61,350 nt of DNA from Atribacterota bacterium (GTDB taxonomy: Bacteria; Atribacterota; Phoenicimicrobiia; Phoenicimicrobiales; Phoenicimicrobiaceae): assembly GCA_038203565.1 (NCBI GenBank), contig JBBRDV010000003.1, forward strand, positions 1 through 61,350, read 5' to 3'. The notes under the pieces are model-generated. The model saw nothing but the letters and a program-made list of their open reading frames with translations, was not told the origin of the DNA and made no database searches. The stretch's first letter is position 1; each line of letters begins with the position of its first letter. The translations under genes were made by a program, and so were the position numbers. Positions 39,538-48,681 of this stretch are shown one piece after another.

Positions 39538-40245
39538 TTATTTTTCTTTTGTAAAAATTCTACGATTAGTAGCTTGAAGGACTGCTTTTACTACTGCCTT
39601 ATTGAAGTCGTCTTTAATTACCGTAGAACCTACTAAGTTTTCCTTTCTTTTTGAATCGATTAGATTAATAAAAACTACTATTATCTCTTTACTATTTAAC
39701 TCAATCTTTTTTATTTCATCTACTTGAAAGAAAATTGAACCCTCTAAACAAGAACTTATCCCCTCTAAAGCAGCTTTAGCCACTAAATATTCCCGATTTT
39801 CTTCCCAGTTTTTTCCAGATACTTTACCTTCATATATTTTTCCGTTATTTTCTAATTTTACACAAACTTCAAATTGATTTCCGATAACTCCCACTTTAAT
39901 ATCAGAGAATTTAATTCTTAAAGAAGATTCTGATTCTTCTTCCTTTATCTGCGCATCTTCTATTTCTTTATCCTTTACTTGTGCTATACTAATTTTTCTA
40001 TAATCTACTTGAATATTATATTTGGCTAATAAAAACGATTCAATATCCCGGGTAATTCTTTTGGGGTTAGCAGAATCTTTAGTAATGATGTGAATCTCTT
40101 TTATATCTCCGTCCTCTGACAATACCATTTTAGCAAATAGAATATCGTTCAGATCTTTTAACGATTTTTCTATATCTTCTACTTCGTAATTAAAGCGTCG
40201 GGGAATTATAAAATTACGAAATGTATGTAATTTATTTTTCTCCAT
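39538..40245 (-). CDS. Conserved hypothetical cytoplasmic protein (start at ATG 40245, 235 aa)
   Basis: SD AAGGAGG; N-domain EIHIITKDSANPKRITRDIES; C-terminal KAVVKAVLQATNRR. Confidence 0.8.
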   Translation of the reverse strand: MEKNKLHTFRNFIIPRRFNYEVEDIEKSLKDLNDILFAKMVLSEDGDIKEIHIITKDSANPKRITRDIESFLLAKYNIQVDYRKISIAQVKDKEIEDAQIKEEESESSLRIKFSDIKVGVIGNQFEVCVKLENNGKIYEGKVSGKNWEENREYLVAKAALEGISSCLEGSIFFQVDEIKKIELNSKEIIVVFINLIDSKRKENLVGSTVIKDDFNKAVVKAVLQATNRRIFTKEK

Positions 40246-40255
40246 AGATTCCTCC

Positions 40256-40795
40256 TTAAAATTCCGGCTCAATCAGCCCGAAATTCCCGTCTTTTCTTTT
40301 ATACAGAACATTTACTTTATTTGTATTATCATTAGCAAAAACAAAAAAATTGTGTCCCAATAAATCCATTTGCATTGCCGCTTCTTCTACTGACATCGGT
40401 TTAATAGCAAATCTTTTAGTCTTTACAATTTTAACAATCCTATCCGGCTCACTATCTTCAACATTAACTCCTTCATTTAGCAACCCTTTTCTTCCTGAGC
40501 CGGGGTGAGGTTTCTGAAAATATTTTTCTTTATACTTCTGTATCTGTCTTTCTAATTTATCTACTACTTTATCTATGGAAGCATACATATCATCTGTTTC
40601 TTCTTCTGCTCTAATCAAAGCTCTACTTGCCTGCAAGGTTGCTTCAACAATTTGTCTATTTTTCTCTACGCTTAAAGTTACTATTACTTCTAAGATATGA
40701 TCAAAATGTCTATCGACCTTGTTTAACCTTTTTTCTATATAACTACGCATCGCATCTGTCACTTCAATATGTTTTCCTTTGAAAGTAATTTTCAT
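40256..40795 (-). CDS. hpf: Ribosome hibernation promoting factor, long form (RaiA/YfiA family)
   Basis: GKHIEVTDAMRSYIEKRL, DMYASID, KPMSVEEAAMQM and YKRKDGNFGLIEP motifs. Confidence 0.95.
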   Translation of the reverse strand: MKITFKGKHIEVTDAMRSYIEKRLNKVDRHFDHILEVIVTLSVEKNRQIVEATLQASRALIRAEEETDDMYASIDKVVDKLERQIQKYKEKYFQKPHPGSGRKGLLNEGVNVEDSEPDRIVKIVKTKRFAIKPMSVEEAAMQMDLLGHNFFVFANDNTNKVNVLYKRKDGNFGLIEPEF

Positions 40796-40961
40796 ATCTC
40801 TTCCCTCCTTAGTAATAGTTTATTTTCCTTAATATATATATTCTCCGTCTAAACGAAAAACCCTTTTTTATTTTGAATTTTTTTTAAAAATATTATTAAT
40901 TTAATTTATCCCTTTATCTTCTAAGTATTTTCTCTTCATTAACTATTTAAATATATTTTAT

Positions 40962-41190
40962 CCGCCTTTCCTTAGACTGACCTGGTCTTTGCCCCCACAC
41001 TCGCCTGCTGAGAGGTTTGCTCAGGAAATTTGTCCTTCACTACTACTCTTCTCTTATTGTTCTAACCTGTTAGGGTTAAGGCAGGACTTACTCCAAAGCC
41101 GCACCATGCTCAGTAACCAAAGTTACCTTACGTGGGTCGTTTCGCCTGCGACTGGCTTCGACTTTCAACCACAGCTCTAAGGAGAGGCGG
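40962..41190 (-). ncRNA. raiA motif RNA
   Basis: Minus strand ...AAGTCGAAGCCAGTCGCAGGCGAAACGACCCACGTAAG...TGAGCATGGTGCGGCTTTGGAGTAAGTCCTGCC...CAGCAGGCGAGTGTGGGGGCAAAGACCAGGTCA. Matches the recalled consensus, has the canonical comF-raiA position, and a 14/15-bp closing stem. Confidence 0.88.
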
Positions 41191-41200
41191 TATATAAGCT

Positions 41201-41956
41201 TTATACAGTTCGGGCTAAAGTTAAAACAAATACATTATTAGCTCGAGATTTTATTAATTCTTTAGCACATTCTTCTACGGTAGCTCCGGTAGTAAACACA
41301 TCATCTAAAATCAGAATATTTTTCCCATTAATTTCTTCTGGTTTTTCTACCGAAAAAGCTTCAAGAATATTTTTCTCCCTTTCTTTCTTGGATAAATTAA
41401 CCTGAAAAGGGGTTATCTTTTTCTTTATTAAAACACTTTCTCCAACCGGGATAGAAAAATAATCTCCTATGATTTTGCTCAGTAAAACACTCTGATTAAA
41501 TCCCCTTTTCTTTAAATCATTCTTATGTAAAGGAACAGGAATAATTAAGTCAAATTTACTTTCAAATTCATTATTTTTTAATAAATAATCCACCATTAAC
41601 TTTCCTAATGGTTTAGCCAACTTTTTCTCTCCGTAGTATTTAAGGAGATGAATACATTTTTTTAACACCTTATCGAATATTCCCGTAGAACGAGAGAATT
41701 CAAAGGAATATTTTTTTCTTTTACAATCAAGGCAAAAGATTTCTCTGTTTTGTTCAAAAAAATCGGTAAGTAGTAAAGGTTTTCCACACTTTATACAATA
41801 TGGATGTTCGATTAATTCAATAGTTTTAAAACAATCCTCACAGATTGAATATCCCATAGATTCTCGGATAGGCTTTCCACATATCTTACAATCTAAGGGA
41901 AAAACAAAATTAAACATCCCTTCTGTTATATATTCTATCATACTTTGATTATTCAT
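41201..41956 (-). CDS. comF: ComF family protein (double zinc ribbon plus PRTase-like domain)
   Basis: CxxC pairs, PVPLH, RGFNQ and LDDVFTTGAT motifs. Confidence 0.92.
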   Translation of the reverse strand: MNNQSMIEYITEGMFNFVFPLDCKICGKPIRESMGYSICEDCFKTIELIEHPYCIKCGKPLLLTDFFEQNREIFCLDCKRKKYSFEFSRSTGIFDKVLKKCIHLLKYYGEKKLAKPLGKLMVDYLLKNNEFESKFDLIIPVPLHKNDLKKRGFNQSVLLSKIIGDYFSIPVGESVLIKKKITPFQVNLSKKEREKNILEAFSVEKPEEINGKNILILDDVFTTGATVEECAKELIKSRANNVFVLTLARTV

Positions 41957-41985
41957 ACTAACCTTAATTCGTAAAACTCCTAATA

Positions 41986-42243
41986 TAGTATCGAGTATAT
42001 AGTATCGAGTATCGAGTTAAGAAAGAGAAAAAAGGGAGTGAAAAACAAAAGCAAAAACTATTCTTTTCTTTCTTTTCAGAGTAGAGATTGAACTCTTTCG
42101 ATTTGAATTATTTCGATAATTTAATAGCGGGCTTGATAAATCAAGCCCCTACTACCTCTACGCTATACGCTATACGCTCGAATACTATTCACTATTCATA
42201 TATCACTTATCACTGCATTTTTTACGCGATACGCGATACGAGT
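41986..42243. repeat. Composite repeat region: AGTATCG arrays, degenerate REPIN 42081-42152, TACGCTA and CGATACG arrays
   Basis: Shares blocks with 12451-12620 and with REPIN 16529-16601. Confidence 0.7.
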
Positions 42244-43499
42244 TAGGTTCCCATCTGCCAGGAAGAAAGATATCTTTCTTGTTCTTCGGTAAGTTTATCA
42301 ATCTTTATTCCCATCGATTCTAATTTTAATCTGGCAATCTCCTTATCAATAACCTCGGGAACGCAATAAACCTTTTTCTGTAAATTTTCCCCTTCTTTTA
42401 CCAAATATTCAGCGGATAAAGCTTGGTTGGCAAAACTCATATCCATCACACTTGCCGGATGCCCTTCAGCAGCAGATAAATTCAGCAGTCTTCCTTCTGC
42501 TAAAAGATTTATTTTCTTTCCATTTTTTAAAGTATATTCCTCTATGTATTCTCTAATCTTCTTTCTACCTACTGCTAAACTTTTTAAAGCGTCTATGTTA
42601 ATCTCTACATTAAAATGTCCTGAATTAGCCAAAATTGCTCCATCTTTCATTAAGGGAAACTCTTCTGTTGATATTACGTTTATATCACCGGTCAGAGTTA
42701 TAAAAATATCTCCGACTTTGGCTGCCTCTTTTATGGACATAACCTGGTAGCCGTCCATTACTGCTTCCAATGCTTTCATGGGATCGACTTCAGTAATTAT
42801 CACCTGAGCTCCCATACCATTAGCTCTCATCGCTAAACCTCGAGCACACCAGCCATATCCACAAATAACAAATTTTTTACCGGCGACTAAAATATTAGTT
42901 GCTCTTAGTAGACCATCAATGGTGCTCTGTCCGGTACCATATCTATTATCGAAGAGATATTTAGTCTGAGCATCATTTACCGCAATAATCGGATACTTTA
43001 AAGCTTTATCTTTTTCCATACTTCTTAATCGAATAACTCCGGTAGTGGTTTCTTCCGTACCAGCAATAATGTCTTTAATTAGCTCTTTCTTTTGAGAATG
43101 AATAGTTGAAACCAGATCAGCCCCATCATCCATAGTGATATTAGGCTTACAGGTTAGCACTTTTTCAATATGCTGATAATAAGTATCTTTATCCTCTCCC
43201 TTGATAGCAAATACAGAAATTCCAAAATCTTTTACCAGGGAAGCTGCTACATCATCCTGAGTGCTTAGAGGATTAGAAGCACATAGAGACACTTCTGCAC
43301 CTCCTTCTTTTAAAGTTCTCACCAGATTAGCTGTCTCGGTAGTTACATGTAGGCAAGCGGATATTCTAATTCCCTTTAGAGGTTTTTCTTTACTAAATCT
43401 TATTCTTATATTTGAGAGAACAGGCATCTGTTTTTCAGCCCATTCAATTTTATCCTTCCCCTTATTAGCCAAATCAATATCTTTTATTCCATAATTCAT
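42243..43499 (-). CDS. ahcY: Adenosylhomocysteinase
   Basis: [38 protein letters not shown] and [12 protein letters not shown] motifs. Confidence 0.97.
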   Translation of the reverse strand: MNYGIKDIDLANKGKDKIEWAEKQMPVLSNIRIRFSKEKPLKGIRISACLHVTTETANLVRTLKEGGAEVSLCASNPLSTQDDVAASLVKDFGISVFAIKGEDKDTYYQHIEKVLTCKPNITMDDGADLVSTIHSQKKELIKDIIAGTEETTTGVIRLRSMEKDKALKYPIIAVNDAQTKYLFDNRYGTGQSTIDGLLRATNILVAGKKFVICGYGWCARGLAMRANGMGAQVIITEVDPMKALEAVMDGYQVMSIKEAAKVGDIFITLTGDINVISTEEFPLMKDGAILANSGHFNVEINIDALKSLAVGRKKIREYIEEYTLKNGKKINLLAEGRLLNLSAAEGHPASVMDMSFANQALSAEYLVKEGENLQKKVYCVPEVIDKEIARLKLESMGIKIDKLTEEQERYLSSWQMGT

Positions 43500-43601
43500 T
43501 TTTTATCCCCCTCTTTTTTAAAATTTGTTAATTATATTTATATAGCTCGCTAATAGATGGACGAGATATTTATCCTGCTAACGACTAATTTAATTGGTCA
43601 A

Positions 43602-44225
43602 TTAAATATATGGATTTGTTCTTCTCTCCTTACCTATCGTCGAATCCGAGCCATGCCCAGGATAAATTATCTTATCATCACCCAAAATCAATAATTTTTC
43701 CTTAATTGATTTTATTAAATCTTGGTAAGAACCACCGGGTAGGTCGGTTCGACCAATACCCCCGGCAAATAAAGTATCACCCGTAAAGACAATATTATTT
43801 GAAACAAGAGAAATTCCTCCCAGGGTATGACCCGGTGTGTGAATTACTATTAAATTTAATGTGCCTAAAGATATCTCGTCTCCCTCTTCTAAAAGCTTAT
43901 CTGCGGGAGGTGAGCATATTTCTTTACCCATAAAGGAAGAAAAATTTTTATTGGCATTAACTAACATATCAGCATCTAACCTATGGATTAATAATAAAGC
44001 TTCGGTCTTAGCTTTAAGCAAATTATTACCAGCAATGTGATCGATATGCCCATGGGTATTTATAATATATTTCAAATCAAAATTATTTTTCTGTAAAAGA
44101 TTTAAAATTAAATCTACCTCATCTTCTCCTCCTGGATCAATTACCGCTGCTTTTTTAGTCTTTTTACAACTAATTAAATAACAATTAGTTTCTAACGCTC
44201 CCACTACTAATCTTTTTAGAAACAT
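43602..44225 (-). CDS. MBL-fold metallo-hydrolase (glyoxalase II / YcbL-like)
   Basis: THGHIDH, TPGHT, TGDTLF and PGHG motifs. Confidence 0.92.
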   Translation of the reverse strand: MFLKRLVVGALETNCYLISCKKTKKAAVIDPGGEDEVDLILNLLQKNNFDLKYIINTHGHIDHIAGNNLLKAKTEALLLIHRLDADMLVNANKNFSSFMGKEICSPPADKLLEEGDEISLGTLNLIVIHTPGHTLGGISLVSNNIVFTGDTLFAGGIGRTDLPGGSYQDLIKSIKEKLLILGDDKIIYPGHGSDSTIGKERRTNPYI

Positions 44226-44317
44226 TTCTTTTGCAATCCTTTCGTTTAGTAGAATCCTCTATAAACAACTCAAATTATTAAAACAGTTTTCATCTTCTCA
44301 GATAGAAAAATCCTTTA

Positions 44318-45322
44318 TTAAAAATCTTCTAAAACAGATTGTATTGCTTTGCTTATTTTTTTTAGAATCTGAGGATAATTAGTAATAATTCCATCTACTC
44401 CATATAAAATAAAGCGTACCATATCTATATCTCTATCGACCGTCCATACATACACTATTTTATCCAGCTGATGTAAATAAGAAACAAGTTTTTCTTTACA
44501 CAAAAAGGCATATGGATTTAACCCATCCAACCCATTAATATATCTTTTGGGATTTATCCATTTATTAGCATATAGTCCATTTGCTTTAAGCTCAGGATAT
44601 CTCTCTTTTAGCAAGATTACCGTATCTCTATCAAAAGATGAAAAAAGAATATTATTATATCCAAAACTCTCTGTTTCTTTTACTAATTTATCTATAATAC
44701 CCGGATAAATCTTCTCCCCTCCCTTAATTTCTATATTTACAGACAATTTTCCCTTCAATATTTTAAGTACATCCCTAAGCAAAGGTATCTGTTCATGGTG
44801 ATACTTCCTCCCATTGCCTTTTTCAAAGTCAAGTATGTCCCTCTTCTTAATTTTTAATTGTTTGAAGCAAACCTTCTTTCCATCATTTCTTGAGAAAAAA
44901 AGTTTTTTAACTACATCAAAGCGCTTACCATCCCGATGTAAATAAAAACTAATTTTCTTCCTAGTTAATTGCTCATAAATATTCAGATAAAACGAATTAG
45001 CTTGAATTGTTCTTAATTCTAAAAAATATTTCTTCTCTTCCGGCAATTTCTCCATAATTTTTTCTTGATTTTTAGTAAAAAATTTAGAAATGTCGTATTT
45101 TTTTAATTCTTTAAAGGTAAGCTGCTTAATGGGAATTCTTAATCCGGTTAACCTTTTTAAATCTATATCATGGATTACAATTAATTCTCCATCTTTAGTA
45201 AGGTGCACATCTAATTCTATTCCATCTATTCCTAACTCTACTGCTTTTTTAAAACCAGAAAGGCTATTTTCGGGAGCAATTCCTTTTGCTCCTCTATGTC
45301 CAATAATAAGAGGAAATTTCAT
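44318..45322 (-). CDS. Glycerophosphodiester phosphodiesterase family protein with a ~90-aa insertion
   Basis: GHRG, PENS, IELDV, HD, NIEIK, SSF, WTVD and GIITNYP motifs. Confidence 0.88.
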   Translation of the reverse strand: MKFPLIIGHRGAKGIAPENSLSGFKKAVELGIDGIELDVHLTKDGELIVIHDIDLKRLTGLRIPIKQLTFKELKKYDISKFFTKNQEKIMEKLPEEKKYFLELRTIQANSFYLNIYEQLTRKKISFYLHRDGKRFDVVKKLFFSRNDGKKVCFKQLKIKKRDILDFEKGNGRKYHHEQIPLLRDVLKILKGKLSVNIEIKGGEKIYPGIIDKLVKETESFGYNNILFSSFDRDTVILLKERYPELKANGLYANKWINPKRYINGLDGLNPYAFLCKEKLVSYLHQLDKIVYVWTVDRDIDMVRFILYGVDGIITNYPQILKKISKAIQSVLEDF

Positions 45323-45354
45323 TATAATTTCTCCCTAAAAAGGTAAATTTATTT

Positions 45355-45804
45355 CTAAATTAACTTTTCACTATCCAAGAGAATGGTAACCGGGCCATCA
45401 TTAAAAATTTTTACCAACATCATGGCTTGAAATTTTCCGGTTTCAATTTTAAGACTATAATTTTTTATATATTTTACAAAATAATCATATAATTTTGCTG
45501 CTCTATCAGGAAGAGCTGCAGAAATAAAACTCGGGCGCCTTCCTTTTTTACAATCCCCATATAAAGTAAATTGAGATATGACCAAAATCTGGCCATTTAT
45601 ATCTCTCACGGAAAGATTCATCTTCCCTTCTTTATCTTCAAATATACGTAAATTTACTATTTTTTCAGCCAGGTATTCTGCATCTTTTTCTCCATCATTT
45701 TGACCCACTCCTAAAAGGATTACCAAACCCTTTTCTATTTTTCCTATTTCTTCTTCTTTAACCTCTACTGACCCTTTTTTTACTCTCTGTACTACTGCTC
45801 TCAT
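45355..45804 (-). CDS. dtd: D-aminoacyl-tRNA deacylase
   Basis: [23 protein letters not shown] and NDGPVT motifs. Confidence 0.97.
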   Translation of the reverse strand: MRAVVQRVKKGSVEVKEEEIGKIEKGLVILLGVGQNDGEKDAEYLAEKIVNLRIFEDKEGKMNLSVRDINGQILVISQFTLYGDCKKGRRPSFISAALPDRAAKLYDYFVKYIKNYSLKIETGKFQAMMLVKIFNDGPVTILLDSEKLI

Positions 45805-45847
45805 TATTTATTCCTTAGATAAAAGATTTTTCTTCCTAATTTATCGA

Positions 45848-47995
45848 CTAAAAAGTTGTTACTCTCTTTACAATTAATACGCTTTTTATTTTTTTTATTT
45901 TCTGTATTATTTCTTGAAGCTGATCAAGATTGGTGATAGAGATTGTTACATCTATATTAGCAATATTATTTTTATCAGTTCTGGCATTTACGGCACTAAC
46001 TGTAATTTTAAGGCTGGGAAAAATTAACATGATATCAGATACTAAATTCGGACGGTCATCAGCAATTATTTTTATCTTTACCGGGTAAAATAGCTCTTCT
46101 GTCTTTATCCACTCTACTTTAACCAACCGATCTTTTTCGGCAGAAACAAAATCTACATTAGAACAATCTGCCTTATGTATAGATACCCCTCTCCCCCTGG
46201 TAATATAACCAATTATTTCATCACCGGGAACCGGATTGCAGCATCGAGAAAATCTTATCATCATATCATTAATCCCTTGAACTCTTATTCCTTGATCAAT
46301 TCTTTTTTTCGGTTTAACCAAGGGGATAATTGGAGAAATTTTGTCTTGGGGGATTACTTTAGATAAAACCTGATAAGGAGTCAATTTCCCGTACCCAATA
46401 TTTTCAAACATTGATTCTGATTCGGTAAAACCTAATTCAATACTTACTTCTTTTAACTTTTTAGTAAGCTCGGAGGAGGTTTCAATTTTATATTTTCCCA
46501 TCTCTTTTTCAAAAAGTTCTTTTCCTTTTTGAATATTTTCCTCTTTCATCTCCTTTTTAAACCAGATTCTAACCCTATTTTTTGCCCCTGATGTCTTAGC
46601 TATCTTTAGCCAATCTCTACTGGGGCCTCGGCTTGATTTGGAAGTTAATATCTCTATAATATCTCCACTCTTCATTTTATAATTTAAGGGAACTATCTTT
46701 TTATTAACTTTAGCCCCCACACAACTATGCCCTACATCTGTATGGATAAGATAGGCAAAATCTATAGGCGTAGAACCAGAGGGTAATATCTTCACATCAC
46801 CTTTGGGAGTAAAAATAAAAACTTCATCCTGAAAAAGACCAATCTTTAAGTTTTCCATAAATTCTTTGGGATCTTTCAAATCTTTCTGCCATTCCAATAT
46901 CTGTCTTAACCAGGAAAGCCTATCTTCTAATTTCTTATCCTTTTTTAAATCAACCTTCTCCTTATATTTCCAATGAGCAGCTATTCCATATTCAGCAGTT
47001 TTATGCATCTCCCAGGTGCGGATTTGTATTTCTAAAGGCTCGCCTTTAGAAGTAATCACTGTAGTATGCAAAGACTGATACATATTTGATTTAGGCATAG
47101 CAATATAGTCTTTAAATCTACCGGGCATAGGTTTCCAAATTGAATGTAATAATCCCAAAACCGCATAACAATCCCTGACAGAATTGCAAATTATTCTAAT
47201 TGCAATTAAATCATATATCTGGAAAAAATCTTTTTCCCCTTTTTCCATCTTTTTATAGATGCTATAGATATTTTTAGGTCGACCTTTAATCTCCGCCTTA
47301 ATCTTTACCTCTTGTAACTCTTTTTGTATAATCTCTTTTATCGATTCAACATATTTCTCTCTTTCCAATCGATTTTTTGCAATCCTACTAACTACCGTTT
47401 TATATTTTATTGGTTCTAAATAAAGTAAAGAAAGGTCTTCTAATTCCCACTGAATCCTGGAAATACCCAATCTATTGGCAATGGGAACGTAAATTTCCAG
47501 TGTTTCTTGAGCTACTTTTAATCTCTTGTGGGAGGGTATATACTGTAGAGTTCTCATGTTGTTCAAGCGATCTGCTAACTTTATCAGAATAACTCTTACA
47601 TCTTCTGCCATAGCCAAAAACATTTTACGAAAATTTTCAGCTTGTTGTTCTTCTTGTGTTTTAAAAGAAATTCTACTTAATTTAGTGACACCATTAACTA
47701 ACATGGCTATTTCTTCGTCAAATTCTTCTTTAATGGTAGATAATGAAGTATCAGTATCCTCAATTATGTCATGCAAAATCCCCGCTGCAATAGTAATTAC
47801 ATCAAGCTCTAAATCAACCAATATTTTAGCTACTTCTAAAAGATGCGAGGTGTAAGGTTCTCCAGAATACCGCTTTTGTTCCCGGTGGGCTTTTACAGAA
47901 TATCTGTAGGCTTTTTTTACAAAGCTCAAATCAGCTTGAGGGGCATATTGGGATATTCTTTTTAAGATATATCTTATTAAAGTGAATTGAGAAAT
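45848..47995 (-). CDS. rel: Bifunctional (p)ppGpp synthetase/hydrolase; start extended to a non-canonical ATT
   Basis: SGEPY, LHD, KLADRLNNMRT, GRPKNIYS, YQSLHT, TGS, RCCNPVPGD and ACT domain. The frame is open to 47998 with no NTG before 47929; SD GAAGGTG at 48008-48002. Confidence 0.93.
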   Translation of the reverse strand: MSQFTLIRYILKRISQYAPQADLSFVKKAYRYSVKAHREQKRYSGEPYTSHLLEVAKILVDLELDVITIAAGILHDIIEDTDTSLSTIKEEFDEEIAMLVNGVTKLSRISFKTQEEQQAENFRKMFLAMAEDVRVILIKLADRLNNMRTLQYIPSHKRLKVAQETLEIYVPIANRLGISRIQWELEDLSLLYLEPIKYKTVVSRIAKNRLEREKYVESIKEIIQKELQEVKIKAEIKGRPKNIYSIYKKMEKGEKDFFQIYDLIAIRIICNSVRDCYAVLGLLHSIWKPMPGRFKDYIAMPKSNMYQSLHTTVITSKGEPLEIQIRTWEMHKTAEYGIAAHWKYKEKVDLKKDKKLEDRLSWLRQILEWQKDLKDPKEFMENLKIGLFQDEVFIFTPKGDVKILPSGSTPIDFAYLIHTDVGHSCVGAKVNKKIVPLNYKMKSGDIIEILTSKSSRGPSRDWLKIAKTSGAKNRVRIWFKKEMKEENIQKGKELFEKEMGKYKIETSSELTKKLKEVSIELGFTESESMFENIGYGKLTPYQVLSKVIPQDKISPIIPLVKPKKRIDQGIRVQGINDMMIRFSRCCNPVPGDEIIGYITRGRGVSIHKADCSNVDFVSAEKDRLVKVEWIKTEELFYPVKIKIIADDRPNLVSDIMLIFPSLKITVSAVNARTDKNNIANIDVTISITNLDQLQEIIQKIKKIKSVLIVKRVTTF

Positions 47996-48149
47996 AATTT
48001 ACACCTTCTTTAATTGAAGTGTTGTTGGTTAGTTATTTGGTTAACTAGTTAGCTAGTTTGATATTCATTCATCACTAACTAACCAGGTAACCAACTAACC
48101 AAATAGGTTACACACTATACGCTAGAATATGAGGTACGATATTGGTCAA

Positions 48150-48668
48150 TTAATCATACTGCACCAAAGAAAAAATATCATATCCCTCTAATTTTTCTCG
48201 AGGATTTAAAAATGCAAGTTCAACTATAAAGGAAGCACCTATAACCTTTCCTCCTAATTTTTCAATTAGTTTAAATACTGCAGCCGTGGTGCCGCCTGTA
48301 GCGAGAAGGTCGTCAACAACCATGATCTTGTCTCCGCTATCTATAGCGTCTTTATGTATTTCCAAAATATTTTCCCCATATTCTAACTCGTAAGATATCT
48401 TCTCCACTTCACTGGGTAATTTTTCTGGTTTTCTTACAGGCAAAAACCCAATCCCTAATTGATAAGCTACGGGAGCACCTATAATAAAACCACGAGCTTC
48501 TATTCCAGCAATATAATCAATTTGGTATTTACTGCAATGCTTGGTTATTTCATCAATACTATATTTAAATGCTTCTCTATCTTTTAATAGAGTGGTAATA
48601 TCTTTAAATTGTATGCCTTTTACTGGAAAATCTGGAATATTTCTAATTTTTTCTTTTAAGTCTATCAC
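48150..48668 (-). CDS. apt: Adenine phosphoribosyltransferase
   Basis: IPDFP, EARGF, RKPEKLP, LEYG and VDDLLATGGT motifs. Confidence 0.97.
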   Translation of the reverse strand: MIDLKEKIRNIPDFPVKGIQFKDITTLLKDREAFKYSIDEITKHCSKYQIDYIAGIEARGFIIGAPVAYQLGIGFLPVRKPEKLPSEVEKISYELEYGENILEIHKDAIDSGDKIMVVDDLLATGGTTAAVFKLIEKLGGKVIGASFIVELAFLNPREKLEGYDIFSLVQYD

Positions 48669-48681
48669 TTTTATCCGCCTC

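Noticed and set aside
41201-41956. comF as evidence of a competence island
   Set aside because: comF-hpf-secA-prfB is ordinary conserved chromosomal synteny.
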